NCBI GenBank assembly: GCA_041601615.1
Contig: JBFIHX010000006.1
Span: 1 to 64,000 of the forward strand
DNA: 64,000 nt
Source of the DNA: Thermoplasmatota archaeon
Lineage (GTDB): Archaea > Thermoplasmatota > E2 > JACPAO01 > JAHFTW01
Direction of reading: 5' to 3'
In this document: positions 30,603-39,928 of the stretch, one piece after another
Layout of the letters: every line of letters begins with the position of its first letter
How positions within the stretch are numbered: the stretch's first letter is position 1
Program-made: the position numbers and the translations under genes
Notes under the pieces: model-generated
Seen by the model: only the letters and a program-made list of their open reading frames with translations
Database searches by the model: none
What the model was told of the DNA's origin: nothing

Positions 30603-31241
30603 TTAGGCCACGGCGACCGGGCTTTCAGGGTTGCCGGACAACACAATGCACTCAATCGGAGGCAAGTCCACGTCGAGACCCACTTCCTTCTCGTGCTTGG
30701 CCACCACCGTTGCACGGCTCTGGGTTGCAGGCTTGTCCGGGCCAAGCACGTCGCAAAGCTCAGGCCCCACACTGGTTTCGTAGGTGCCGTAGCGGCGAGC
30801 CGTCTCCACGATGTCGTTCTTGTCCAAGCCCAGAAGCGGACGAACAATGGGCCGCGCCGCAGCGGATTCAATGGTGGCCAGGTTGCTCAACGTCTGGCTG
30901 CTGACCTGGCCAAGGTTCTCCCCGGTTACAATCACATCGGCGCCAAGGTCCGTGGCAAGCTTGTCCGCGAGCCGGTAAAACAGCCGCTTTTGCAAGATGA
31001 AGTAGAACCGATGCGCGTCGCGGTCCTCGGCGACCTTCGCCAGCACATCCCCGATGCGGGCCACATACAGGCGCTTCAGGCCCAGGAGGCGGGCGAGATC
31101 CATCGCCTTTTGGACACTCGCGTCGTCCGTGAACGGCTCAAAGGAGCAATGGAGCGCTTCCAAGTGCACTCCCTGGCGCCGCAGCATCTCGCCCGCCACG
31201 GGACTGTCGATGCCGCCAGAGAGCAACAGAATCGCCTGCAT
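30603..31241 (-). CDS. ThiI-like PP-loop sulfurtransferase (no THUMP domain)
   Basis: LLSGGIDSPVA, TGENLGQVSSQT, RPLLGLDK, C...KPAT. Confidence 0.85.
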   Translation of the reverse strand: MQAILLLSGGIDSPVAGEMLRRQGVHLEALHCSFEPFTDDASVQKAMDLARLLGLKRLYVARIGDVLAKVAEDRDAHRFYFILQKRLFYRLADKLATDLGADVIVTGENLGQVSSQTLSNLATIESAAARPIVRPLLGLDKNDIVETARRYGTYETSVGPELCDVLGPDKPATQSRATVVAKHEKEVGLDVDLPPIECIVLSGNPESPVAVA

Positions 31242-31334
31242 GGGCGCATTCGGGTCCAAAGCAGGGTCGGCGTTCAGAGTCACAGGCGTTTGGACGAGGG
31301 CACACCTCAATACGGTGCCGGAGGTGGCCGCTTC

Positions 31335-32516
31335 GTGCAGGCCGGCAAATTTGACTTGGCCATCATTGGCGCAGGCTGCATCGGAACCAGCACCGCCAAG
31401 CACCTTTCAGAAGCCGGCCACCGCGTTGTGGTGCTTGAAAAGGAATCAGCCCCCGCGATGCACCAATCGGGACGCAACTCCGGCGTCATCCATGCCGGCT
31501 ACAACTTGGCTCCCGGCAGCAATAAGGCGCGTTTTTGCGTCGAAGGCAGCCGACAGATGCGCGCCTATTGCCTGGATCGCGGCGTGGCGATGGTGCAAGG
31601 AGGCATCCTCGTCGTCGCCCAAAACGAAGCCGAAACCAAGCGACTGGAAGCTCTGCACGCACGAGGAAAAACCAACGAAGTGGAAGTTGCCATGCTCGAC
31701 GCGGACGAACTTCGCACCATTGAACCGCACGCCAAAGGCATCGCCGCCCTACACGCACCCGAAGGCGCCAGTGTCGACTCCGAAGCCTACGTTCGAGCAC
31801 TCGTTTCTGACGCCGAAGCCGCCGGAGCCACCTTCCGCTACAATGTCGCCGCCCACGCCGTCACCGAACAAGGCATCGAAACCCTCAACGGCCTCGTTCC
31901 TGCCCGAGCCGTCGTCAACGCCGCAGGATTGTACGCCGACAAACTTGCAGGAGACCTCGCCCACGACGTACGCATTGTACCGTTTCGAGGCTACTACGCC
32001 CGCCTTCCTGCATCCGCCGCCGGTCTCGTTCGCAGCCACATCTACGCAGCCCCCGACCCCGCCTTCCCGTTTCTTGGCGTCCATTTGAGCCGCCGCGTAG
32101 ACGGCACAGTCGCAGTGGGCCCCGGCGCCATGCTTGCCTTTGGCCGCGAGGCATACAAATTCTGGAACATCCAACCCAAGGAATTGGCCGGAACCCTCAC
32201 CTGGCCCGGGTTCTGGAAGCTTTTCGGCAACCCCGGATTCCGCCGACTGCTGCCCCAAGAAGTGCGCAAATCCCTGTCACTCGGCGCCATCGAACGTGAG
32301 GCGCGCCGACTCGTGCCGGAACTCCCCCGTGGATTACGGCCATTTCGCGCCGGCAACCGCGCACAAATGATCGACCGCGACGGCCACCTCGTCGACGACA
32401 TCGTCGTGCGCGAAACCGACACCGCCGTGCACGTTCTCAACGCCGTCTCACCCGGCCTCACATGCAGTCTGCCCTTTGGAGCCCACCTTGCCCGGCGCGC
32501 AGAAACCAAGCTCTAG
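31335..32516 (+). CDS. lhgO: L-2-hydroxyglutarate oxidase-like FAD oxidoreductase
   Basis: IIGAGCIG, HQSGRNSGVIHAG, FPFLGVH, LNAVSPGLT; GGAGGTGG SD before GTG 31335. Confidence 0.85.
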   Translation: MQAGKFDLAIIGAGCIGTSTAKHLSEAGHRVVVLEKESAPAMHQSGRNSGVIHAGYNLAPGSNKARFCVEGSRQMRAYCLDRGVAMVQGGILVVAQNEAETKRLEALHARGKTNEVEVAMLDADELRTIEPHAKGIAALHAPEGASVDSEAYVRALVSDAEAAGATFRYNVAAHAVTEQGIETLNGLVPARAVVNAAGLYADKLAGDLAHDVRIVPFRGYYARLPASAAGLVRSHIYAAPDPAFPFLGVHLSRRVDGTVAVGPGAMLAFGREAYKFWNIQPKELAGTLTWPGFWKLFGNPGFRRLLPQEVRKSLSLGAIEREARRLVPELPRGLRPFRAGNRAQMIDRDGHLVDDIVVRETDTAVHVLNAVSPGLTCSLPFGAHLARRAETKL

Positions 32517-32519
32517 CCG

Positions 32520-33299
32520 TCAGCAAATTGATCCGTACGCACCCGCATCCGACGGCACCGGACCCACTCCGAGACTCTCGTAGGCGGCAGCAAAATCACG
32601 CATCGCCTGCTCGTTGGTGCCGCTGTCGAACCACAAAACGCTGCGAAACTCATTGAATCCCCGATTGCTTGCCACGAACTCCATCGGCCCCTGCACAGCT
32701 CGAATCACGGGGAACTCCAATTGCACACTCCAGTTACCAGCAACCAAATTGTACTCGGGCTCCTCGGGAACGAAACCTTCGAGCACCCCGTCCAATTGGA
32801 ACCGCGCCCGACCCACTTGGTGTTCGTAGCCCGCAGAGCGTGGCGCGTTTTCGTCGTGATGCGAACCACGGCCGTCCTCGATGTAGTACGGCTCGGCAAA
32901 CAGCGCCCTCACCCAGTTGGCTACCTCCTCTTGCGTGCCGTTTGTCACCAGCAACAAAGCGGCTTCCACCGCCCGAGCCACTCCATCCGGCAATGGATCC
33001 GGGACGTTCCACAAGTGGATCTCCCCTAGTCGCCCAATGTACAAGTCCTGATCTTCATCCAAGCGAAATTGAGCCGATTGGATTGTGGCGTCCCACGAAA
33101 GAATTTGCTCCTGGCTGTGCGCAAGGCCCTTCGTCGGCGGCTCCACCGTCACGTTCCAACCCACCGAATCCTGCAACAACGTGCCAAAACGAGCATCATG
33201 CCACGAAACAGCCTCCAATTGGTAGCCGCAATGGCCGAAGGCGCCAAAACAACCCGACAGCGCCATCACCAGGAAAGCAGCAGCCGCCAACAACTTCAT
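32520..33299 (-). CDS. Hypothetical lipoprotein
   Basis: MKLLAAAAFLVMALSGC lipobox. Confidence 0.7.
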   Translation of the reverse strand: MKLLAAAAFLVMALSGCFGAFGHCGYQLEAVSWHDARFGTLLQDSVGWNVTVEPPTKGLAHSQEQILSWDATIQSAQFRLDEDQDLYIGRLGEIHLWNVPDPLPDGVARAVEAALLLVTNGTQEEVANWVRALFAEPYYIEDGRGSHHDENAPRSAGYEHQVGRARFQLDGVLEGFVPEEPEYNLVAGNWSVQLEFPVIRAVQGPMEFVASNRGFNEFRSVLWFDSGTNEQAMRDFAAAYESLGVGPVPSDAGAYGSIC

Positions 33300-33388
33300 G
33301 CAGTCACAACGAGCCCCCGTTGGAAGAGCTTCTGGTCCGTTTCTCAAACAATCTCAATCTTCAAGTGACGCCCCGCCTCGGCGCGTCC

Positions 33389-33658
33389 GTGGCCCTGCTT
33401 CGACCCTGCACCACCTCCGCCGGATTCATGGCGGTTCCCGAGCAGAGCCGAAAACTCCAGATGCAGGGCCTCAAAGAAGCGCTCGCCGCCGCTGGATTCG
33501 AAATTGTGCGCGATGCCCGAGTCCTCCTATTGGTGCGCAAGGACGTCGAATCGACCATCTACCACACCGGCAAGGTCCTCCTGAAGACCACGGACGCAGC
33601 CGCCGCCGAAGCATCCTATCTCGAAATGAGGCCCCTGCTGGAAGCCCACTGGAGCTAG
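33389..33658 (+). CDS. Small hypothetical protein
   Basis: LRPCTTSAGFMAVP...STIYHTGKVLLKTTD; globular composition, fills the intergenic gap; start 33389 or 33428. Confidence 0.6.
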   Translation: MALLRPCTTSAGFMAVPEQSRKLQMQGLKEALAAAGFEIVRDARVLLLVRKDVESTIYHTGKVLLKTTDAAAAEASYLEMRPLLEAHWS

Positions 33659-34800
33659 ACGCGACGGCGACCAAGCGCCACTGCGAGTGCGCCCAATAGG
33701 CCCGCGATGCCCACGGACACGCCCGGCCCCGGAATGCTGCAACCAACACTGGTTTGCGCATCGGCCCAGTTGTCCCACACCACGACCGTTGCATCGAACG
33801 TGCTGCTGCCGCGACCCGGATGCTGAATGAACGCCCAGTCATCAGGCCCCAGCACCCCGTCGCCATCGTCCTGGAAGGTAAACCGCCAGTCGCCTACGGA
33901 CTGTACATCTCCATCCGCGAGGTCGAACGAAGCCACAGGAGCCGCACCACTTGTGCAGGAAACGCTGTTTGAGTCGTACACGCGGAACGAATACTCGTCC
34001 AAAGCCCCGCCGCTGCCGCGAGTGCCCGTCCATTCATACCCCGCCGAACTCGCAGTACCCGTACCCGTGACGGTGCCTGCAAAACGAGTCTCCGCAATCG
34101 GCGCACTAATGGAATCACGATCGCCATACTCCGGCGTCAAAGTCAGCCGGCTTTCCGGATTTTCGACCGTGAAGCTCTGGATGTCGTGACCTTTCATGTG
34201 CACCGTGATGTCCGAAGCGCCCGCCGAACCATGGCTGCGGTACACCGCGTCAAACGTCTTCTTGCCGGTCTTCTCCACGCGCACCAATTCCAAGCCCTCC
34301 GGGTCAAAGTGGCCCGTCAAAAGAGCAGGGTCGGCAAAATCCAAGTCGCCAAGCCCCAACAGCAACGGCTCCGCATCGCGACCCGTGCAAGCACCCGCAG
34401 GATTGCGTGCCTCGAAGTTCTCGTCGCGCTCGCCGTAGTCTTCGAAGCCGTCCGTCACCACGACGATGCGCGTGGGGTCGCAAAAGACGCTGTACTGGAC
34501 GCGCGCGACCTTGCCATCCACGCGCACATCGGAATCGGTCCCAAAGGACACCGTGGCTGTCGCCTGCACGCTGACCGGAAACGGCCCCGCCGGAGTGGGA
34601 GCCTCGATGGTAACACTTCCCACCATCTCAAACGCCTTGATGCGCCCATTCAGCCCAATGTTGTCCTCCATGGCGATCAAAGCCGCACCGGCGCGTTGCT
34701 CCATCTCGTCCTCGGTAAGCTTGTCCTTGCCAAAGCACCCCGAAAGAAGCAAGAGCAGTACCGCCAAGACGGCCAGAGTTGAGCCACGCATGCGCCTCAT
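33655..34800 (-). CDS. Lipoprotein with C-terminal PGF-CTERM-like anchor
   Basis: LLLLLSGC lipobox; C-terminal IPGPG-TM-RRRV. Confidence 0.75.
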   Translation of the reverse strand: MRRMRGSTLAVLAVLLLLLSGCFGKDKLTEDEMEQRAGAALIAMEDNIGLNGRIKAFEMVGSVTIEAPTPAGPFPVSVQATATVSFGTDSDVRVDGKVARVQYSVFCDPTRIVVVTDGFEDYGERDENFEARNPAGACTGRDAEPLLLGLGDLDFADPALLTGHFDPEGLELVRVEKTGKKTFDAVYRSHGSAGASDITVHMKGHDIQSFTVENPESRLTLTPEYGDRDSISAPIAETRFAGTVTGTGTASSAGYEWTGTRGSGGALDEYSFRVYDSNSVSCTSGAAPVASFDLADGDVQSVGDWRFTFQDDGDGVLGPDDWAFIQHPGRGSSTFDATVVVWDNWADAQTSVGCSIPGPGVSVGIAGLLGALAVALGRRRV

Positions 34801-34845
34801 GCCTACCGAGGATGGTTAAAAGTTCTCGTTGGGCCGTTGTATTGA

Positions 34846-36072
34846 CTAGGTTCGACGGCGCACGAACAGAGCCGCGCCGAGTCCCACGAGCAGCCATGCA
34901 AGGCCGGGGCCAGGGATGCGCGGATCATCTTGCACGTCCCGGTCTGCCCACAAGTCCCACACCACCAATTCGTATTCATCGGACGGGGCGCGAATCAGCA
35001 GCACATCGCCTGCTCCGAACTGTCCATTGCCGTCTTCGCGCAGAATGAACGAGAATTCTTCGAAGGTCTGGGTTCCACCATCCATGGCAAACACCGCCGC
35101 CGGCTGATCCTCCGGATCGAAGCCTGAGTGGTACACACGGACTTCAAAGTCGGACAAGGGCGCGTCGTTGCCGGCCTCGGCCTCGTACTCGCATTCTCCG
35201 TCGAAGAACCAGCAGAAGCCATCCACGCTGCTCGGAGCGCGGCCCGTGGCCGTGGGGGGCGTCAAGGTCTTGGGGCTGCCATAATCGAAGTGCATGGTGC
35301 CCGCTCCCTGAGGCGATTCGATGGTCATGGACTGCACCCGACCTTTGTCATCGATCAATGCGGTGTACGTTCCATCTTCGTCAGAGAACGTAGCCGTGAC
35401 CGTGCCGTTCGCGTTCGGCGTGACCGTCAAATTGTTCGAATCTTCCGTGAACTCTTCACCAAGGAAGCCGGGCCCTTCAGATTCATCGCTCAAAGCGCCT
35501 CCCGTGCACATGGAACGGTCCTCGGTTGGACGGGACTCGTACACTTCGTTGCCATACACCACCACATCGAAAGCGCCTCCACAGAACGTCTCTGAGCGCA
35601 GCCCAATGGAGTAGCCACCCGAAGATTGCAGATCCATGAGGAAACGAGTGGCGCCATTCTTGCCCCACTCCATTTCAAAATCCAAGGTGCCGGAGCCCAT
35701 GAAATCCTCGTCCTCGAATCCAAACGAACCGCGGATAAGTCGCAAATCGCCACCGTCTTCCGCGTCCATGTTGGACCCAAGCGTCGCAAGCGCCTGGCCC
35801 GCGACCGTCTCAGCTTCGCTCTGACTCAACGCCTGCGGCGTGCCTTCGCCATCGCCGCCGTTGCCAAGGACCATAAACGTACCGAATCCAGCGGCCACAA
35901 TCACGGCGATCACCACAGCAATGATCGCAATCATGGCGCCCCTGGTATCGTCGGGAGCGGCTCCCGCGGCACCCGTAACTGGGGCACCGAAACCGCATTG
36001 GGGACACGAGGGCCTTGCTCCCTCCGGAACCACTACGCGAGCACTACATTGAGGGCATTGTAAGACCTTCAC
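34846..36072 (-). CDS. Zn-ribbon + TM surface protein, paralog of 33655-34800
   Basis: CPQC..CPQC, TM helix, shared DGxGxxGxxD...VVWDxWAD...IPGPG-TM-RRR. Confidence 0.75.
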   Translation of the reverse strand: MKVLQCPQCSARVVVPEGARPSCPQCGFGAPVTGAAGAAPDDTRGAMIAIIAVVIAVIVAAGFGTFMVLGNGGDGEGTPQALSQSEAETVAGQALATLGSNMDAEDGGDLRLIRGSFGFEDEDFMGSGTLDFEMEWGKNGATRFLMDLQSSGGYSIGLRSETFCGGAFDVVVYGNEVYESRPTEDRSMCTGGALSDESEGPGFLGEEFTEDSNNLTVTPNANGTVTATFSDEDGTYTALIDDKGRVQSMTIESPQGAGTMHFDYGSPKTLTPPTATGRAPSSVDGFCWFFDGECEYEAEAGNDAPLSDFEVRVYHSGFDPEDQPAAVFAMDGGTQTFEEFSFILREDGNGQFGAGDVLLIRAPSDEYELVVWDLWADRDVQDDPRIPGPGLAWLLVGLGAALFVRRRT

Positions 36073-36115
36073 GGAGCGCAATCAAACAATCCCTGCAAGA
36101 CTGTGTCGGTTCCTA

Positions 36116-36838
36116 TCATGAAGCGTTAGGACTGGCAGTTCGGGACCCAAAAGCATGCGCCAAAGCACTGTCCATGGTCACGCCATCCGCCTCCGCATGA
36201 ATGGCCAAGGAACGCACTCGATCACGTTTGACCTCGGCCGTCAGGCGCACGGCCGCCCCGGCGGCATCGTACGCATAGACGTTGCTTCGAGTGTCGCCCT
36301 TCTCGCGCCCGGAAACGAACGACACATCCGGCACCACCGTCAGCGCCAGCATCGCTTCGATGCCATCCAAAGGAAAATCACGCCCCGCCAACTGCTGAAA
36401 CGCCGCCGCCACCTTGTTGTGATCATTGGAATCTAGGCAATCAGCCTCGTGTCCGGCGCGAGCGTCTATGTTCTTGCGACCAAACGCCTCCAAGCCATTC
36501 GCGACAAACGCCACCGTACCAGGAACGCACACAAACTGCACCGAGAGCCCCGCGTACTCGTCGCTCTGGTCCTCGCCACCAAAATGCGCCTCCACCACCT
36601 CCATCTGCAAGCGCCAGCCGTCCTCAAACCACTCCATGCGCGTGGACAACGTCAACAACAAATCAAAATCGGAAACCTGCAACAGCGTGCGACCCTTCTG
36701 TTGGACCAAGTCACCCCCGGGCCCCGCATCTTCCTGAAACCCCGCCCAATCAGCCAAGCCCTGCGCTTCATGCACAGACGCCGACGAAGAGCAACCCGAC
36801 AACAGGAGCAAGGCGACAAGAAACCAGGCAGAACGCAT
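36116..36838 (-). CDS. Hypothetical lipoprotein
   Basis: MRSAWFLVALLLLSGC lipobox; FVC..C pattern like its neighbours. Confidence 0.65.
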   Translation of the reverse strand: MRSAWFLVALLLLSGCSSSASVHEAQGLADWAGFQEDAGPGGDLVQQKGRTLLQVSDFDLLLTLSTRMEWFEDGWRLQMEVVEAHFGGEDQSDEYAGLSVQFVCVPGTVAFVANGLEAFGRKNIDARAGHEADCLDSNDHNKVAAAFQQLAGRDFPLDGIEAMLALTVVPDVSFVSGREKGDTRSNVYAYDAAGAAVRLTAEVKRDRVRSLAIHAEADGVTMDSALAHAFGSRTASPNAS

Positions 36839-36943
36839 CAAGACCCACCGAATCTACCGGTATTTGGCCCCTCTGGATGAGCCGTTTGCCAAGCCCGGAC
36901 CGCAAGGGGCGGTTTATGATGGGCGACCCTCTCGCAGCGAATC

Positions 36944-38251
36944 GTGGCCCGCCCCCTGTGGTTTGACGCCGGCACCGATCCCGAAGCCGTCGCCGACCAC
37001 CTTGAACAACTCGCCGAGACCGCAACCCGCCTCGTCTTCGAGCCCCGCGCCCTTCCAGCCGGCACCAGCCGCGCACTCTTGCGCCGCGCCGCCGTCCTTC
37101 GCGCCGGGCGCCTCGTGCACGCAAGCCACGGCGAAAAAGACCGCGTCTTGACCCAGGAAGTACGCGCCATCGACGACCTGGTGCGCGCCAGCAACCTCCT
37201 CATCGAGCGCCTGCGCGAATGGTACGCCCTGCACGCTCCAGAAGCCACCCGTGCCGCCGGGGACGCCAAGAACCTTGCTCGCCTCGTGGCAGAAACCGGC
37301 GACCGCGAAGCCGTCTCGGAACTTCTCGGCCTCACCGCCATGGGCCTCGGTACCGACCTTGACCCCGCCGACATGGCCGTCATGCAAGGATTCGCGGCCG
37401 CCCTGCAAGCCCTCCACGAAAACTGGGGTGCTCTGGAACGCCGCATCGACGTGCTCATGTGCGAAGTGGCCCCCAACCTCTCCAGCGTCGTCGGCCCCGT
37501 CCTCGGCGCCCGACTTATTGCCCAAGCAGGCAGCCTCGAACGCCTCGCCATCCTCCCCGCCGGCACCGTACAAACCCTCGGCGCCGAAACTGCCCTGTTC
37601 CGGCATATCAAGGAAGGCACGAAGCCACCCAAACACGGCATTCTGTTCCAGCACCCGCATGTGCACAGCGCGCACGCCTGGCAACGCGGCGCCATCGCCC
37701 GCGCCCTCTCGCTGCACGCAAGCCTAGGTGCCAAGGCCGACTCCTTCACCCAAAACGACCTCAAAGCCCACCTCAAAACCGAGCTGGACAAGGACCTCGA
37801 ACGGATCCGACGCGACAAAGCCAAAGCCCCCAAGCGCCGCGAAATCGCACGTGGATTCGGTGGCCCCGCACGCAAACCCTACGGCGGTCGTCCCTCCAGT
37901 GGCGGCGGTGGCGGTGGCGGATACGGTGGCCGATCTTCGGGCGGCGGAGGCAGTGGCGGAGGATTTGGCGACCGACGCGGCGGCTCCGGCGGAAAACCAT
38001 CCGGCGGTGGAGGCGGAGGAGGATTTGGCGACCGACGCGGTGGATCCGGCGGCGGCAGTGGCAGTGGAGGCGGCGGAGGCTTTGGCGACCGACGCACCGG
38101 AGGCCCCAGCAAACCCTACGGCAAGCCAGGCGGCAAACCCGGCGGCGGCTACAGCAAACCCCCGCAACGAGATGACAAGCGCAAGAAAGGCCCCGGTGCC
38201 TTCCGAGGCGACGGTGGAGCCGCCAAACCCCCCGGAGGTGGAAAGAAATGA
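36944..38251 (+). CDS. nop5: Box C/D RNP protein Nop5 (Nop56/58) with Gly/Arg-rich C-terminal tail
   Basis: ERLREWY..HAPE, VAPNLSSVVG..LGARLI..AGSL, PAGTVQTLGAETALF, PPKHGILFQHP. Confidence 0.93.
   Translation: MARPLWFDAGTDPEAVADHLEQLAETATRLVFEPRALPAGTSRALLRRAAVLRAGRLVHASHGEKDRVLTQEVRAIDDLVRASNLLIERLREWYALHAPEATRAAGDAKNLARLVAETGDREAVSELLGLTAMGLGTDLDPADMAVMQGFAAALQALHENWGALERRIDVLMCEVAPNLSSVVGPVLGARLIAQAGSLERLAILPAGTVQTLGAETALFRHIKEGTKPPKHGILFQHPHVHSAHAWQRGAIARALSLHASLGAKADSFTQNDLKAHLKTELDKDLERIRRDKAKAPKRREIARGFGGPARKPYGGRPSSGGGGGGGYGGRSSGGGGSGGGFGDRRGGSGGKPSGGGGGGGFGDRRGGSGGGSGSGGGGGFGDRRTGGPSKPYGKPGGKPGGGYSKPPQRDDKRKKGPGAFRGDGGAAKPPGGGKK
37958..38100 (+). repeat. Three ~60-bp coding repeats (GGFGDRR) in the Nop5 tail
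   Basis: TTTGGCGACCGACGC at 37964, 38024 and 38081. Confidence 0.85.
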
Positions 38252-38907
38252 ACCCCCTCAAACAAAACGGCGTCTTTGACGACAAAGGCTTCCTCTGGAC
38301 AAAGAACTCCGTACCCGGCCAGAAAGTGTACGGCGAACGCCTGCGCGCCTACCGAGGCGGCGAATACCGCGACTGGAACCCCCACCGCTCCAAAATGGCC
38401 GCCCTGCTGCGGCTCCTGCCCGACACACCATGGATGGACCCCGGCAAAGACATGCTGTATCTTGGCGCAAGCTCCGGCACCACCGTCAGCCACATGGCCG
38501 ACGTCCTGCGCCCCGAAGCCCTACTCTACGCCGTGGAATTCAGCCCCCGCAGTGTCCGCGACCTCCTCTGGAACGTAGAAAGCCGCCAAAACGTCGTGCC
38601 GATCCTCGACGACGCCGGCAAACCCGAACGCTACTCCGCCTACATCGACCGGCCCGTCGGCGCACTCGTCCAAGACGTCGCCCAACGCCACCAAGTAGAC
38701 ATCTTCCTTCGCAACCTGCCCTTCTTGGCCAAGGACGGCGTCGGATACCTCTTCGTCAAGGCGCGCAGCATCGACGTAGCCAAACCGGTGCGAGACATCT
38801 TCGAGGACGTAGAACGGACCCTCAAAGCCAACGGTGTGCGCGTCGTCGGCAGCGTCGACATGGATCCCTTCCACAAAGAACACCGCGCCTTGGTGGTTCG
38901 ACCGTGA
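38248..38907 (+). CDS. flpA: Fibrillarin-like rRNA 2'-O-methyltransferase
   Basis: VYGE, YRDWNPHRSKMAA, LYLGASSGTTVSH, AVEFSPR, QDVAQ, KARSIDV. Confidence 0.95.
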   Translation: MNPLKQNGVFDDKGFLWTKNSVPGQKVYGERLRAYRGGEYRDWNPHRSKMAALLRLLPDTPWMDPGKDMLYLGASSGTTVSHMADVLRPEALLYAVEFSPRSVRDLLWNVESRQNVVPILDDAGKPERYSAYIDRPVGALVQDVAQRHQVDIFLRNLPFLAKDGVGYLFVKARSIDVAKPVRDIFEDVERTLKANGVRVVGSVDMDPFHKEHRALVVRP

Positions 38908-39875
38908 GCCCCAACGGTAGCAGCGGCCAGCGCGTCGTCGTCACGGGCGGGGCCGGCTTCATCGGCAGCCACCTTGTAGACGCCCTCGTTGCACGCGGCG
39001 ACCAAGTCACCGTCATCGATGACCTATCCGCTGGCAGCACCCAATTTTTGGCCGACGCCCGCGACAAAATCGACATCGTGGTCGCAGACGCCAGCGTGCC
39101 CAGTGTGCTTGACGACCTTCTGCCCGGCGCCGACGCCGTCTGGCACCTTGCCGCCAACCCCGAAGTGCGCACTGGAGCCACCGAACCCGGCGCCCACTTC
39201 GACCGCAACGTGCGCATGACCTGGGAAGTGCTCGAAGCCGTGCGCCGACACAACGTGCCGCGCCTGCACTTTACCAGCACCAGCACCGTCTACGGCACCG
39301 CCACCGTCATGCCGACGCCCGAACACTACGGCCCGCTCCTGCCCATCAGTGTCTACGGCGGCTGCAAACTCGCCTGCGAGGGCCTCGTATCAGCCCACGC
39401 CGCCACCTTCGGCTTCGATGCACTTCTGTATCGATTTGCCAACGTGGTCGGCCCCCGCTCCAACCACGGCGTCACCTACGACTTCGTCCAAAAACTCAAG
39501 GCCACCCCCGAGCGCCTGGAAATCCTCGGCGACGGCACCCAAAGCAAATCCTACGTCCACGTCTCCGACACCATCGCAGGAATGCTCGCCGCCGACGCCA
39601 CACACCAAAGCGGTGTGGACGCCTACAACATCGGCAGCCTCGACAGCATCCCCGTCACTGCCGTCGCAGACCAAGTCGCCGCAGCCCTCGGACTTGCCCC
39701 CGAGTACGTCTTCAAAGGCGGCACAAGCGGCGGCGCCGGTTGGAAAGGCGACGTCAAACACATGGGACTCAGCGTGGACAAACTACGAGCCCTCGGCTGG
39801 GAACCCAAACTCGACAGCGCCCGCGCCATCCACGACACCGCCGCCTGGCTTGCAGAGCACGCCCCACACACCTAA
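38904..39875 (+). CDS. NAD-dependent epimerase (archaeal UDP-glucose 4-epimerase-like)
   Basis: VTGGAGFIGSH, HLAANPEVR, STSTVYG, YGGCK, RFANVVG, GWKGDV. Confidence 0.92.
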   Translation: MSPNGSSGQRVVVTGGAGFIGSHLVDALVARGDQVTVIDDLSAGSTQFLADARDKIDIVVADASVPSVLDDLLPGADAVWHLAANPEVRTGATEPGAHFDRNVRMTWEVLEAVRRHNVPRLHFTSTSTVYGTATVMPTPEHYGPLLPISVYGGCKLACEGLVSAHAATFGFDALLYRFANVVGPRSNHGVTYDFVQKLKATPERLEILGDGTQSKSYVHVSDTIAGMLAADATHQSGVDAYNIGSLDSIPVTAVADQVAAALGLAPEYVFKGGTSGGAGWKGDVKHMGLSVDKLRALGWEPKLDSARAIHDTAAWLAEHAPHT

Positions 39876-39928
39876 CCATTGCAGAACACGTCGACAAGGT
39901 TTAGGACCCCGCACGAAGCTCGACGAAC

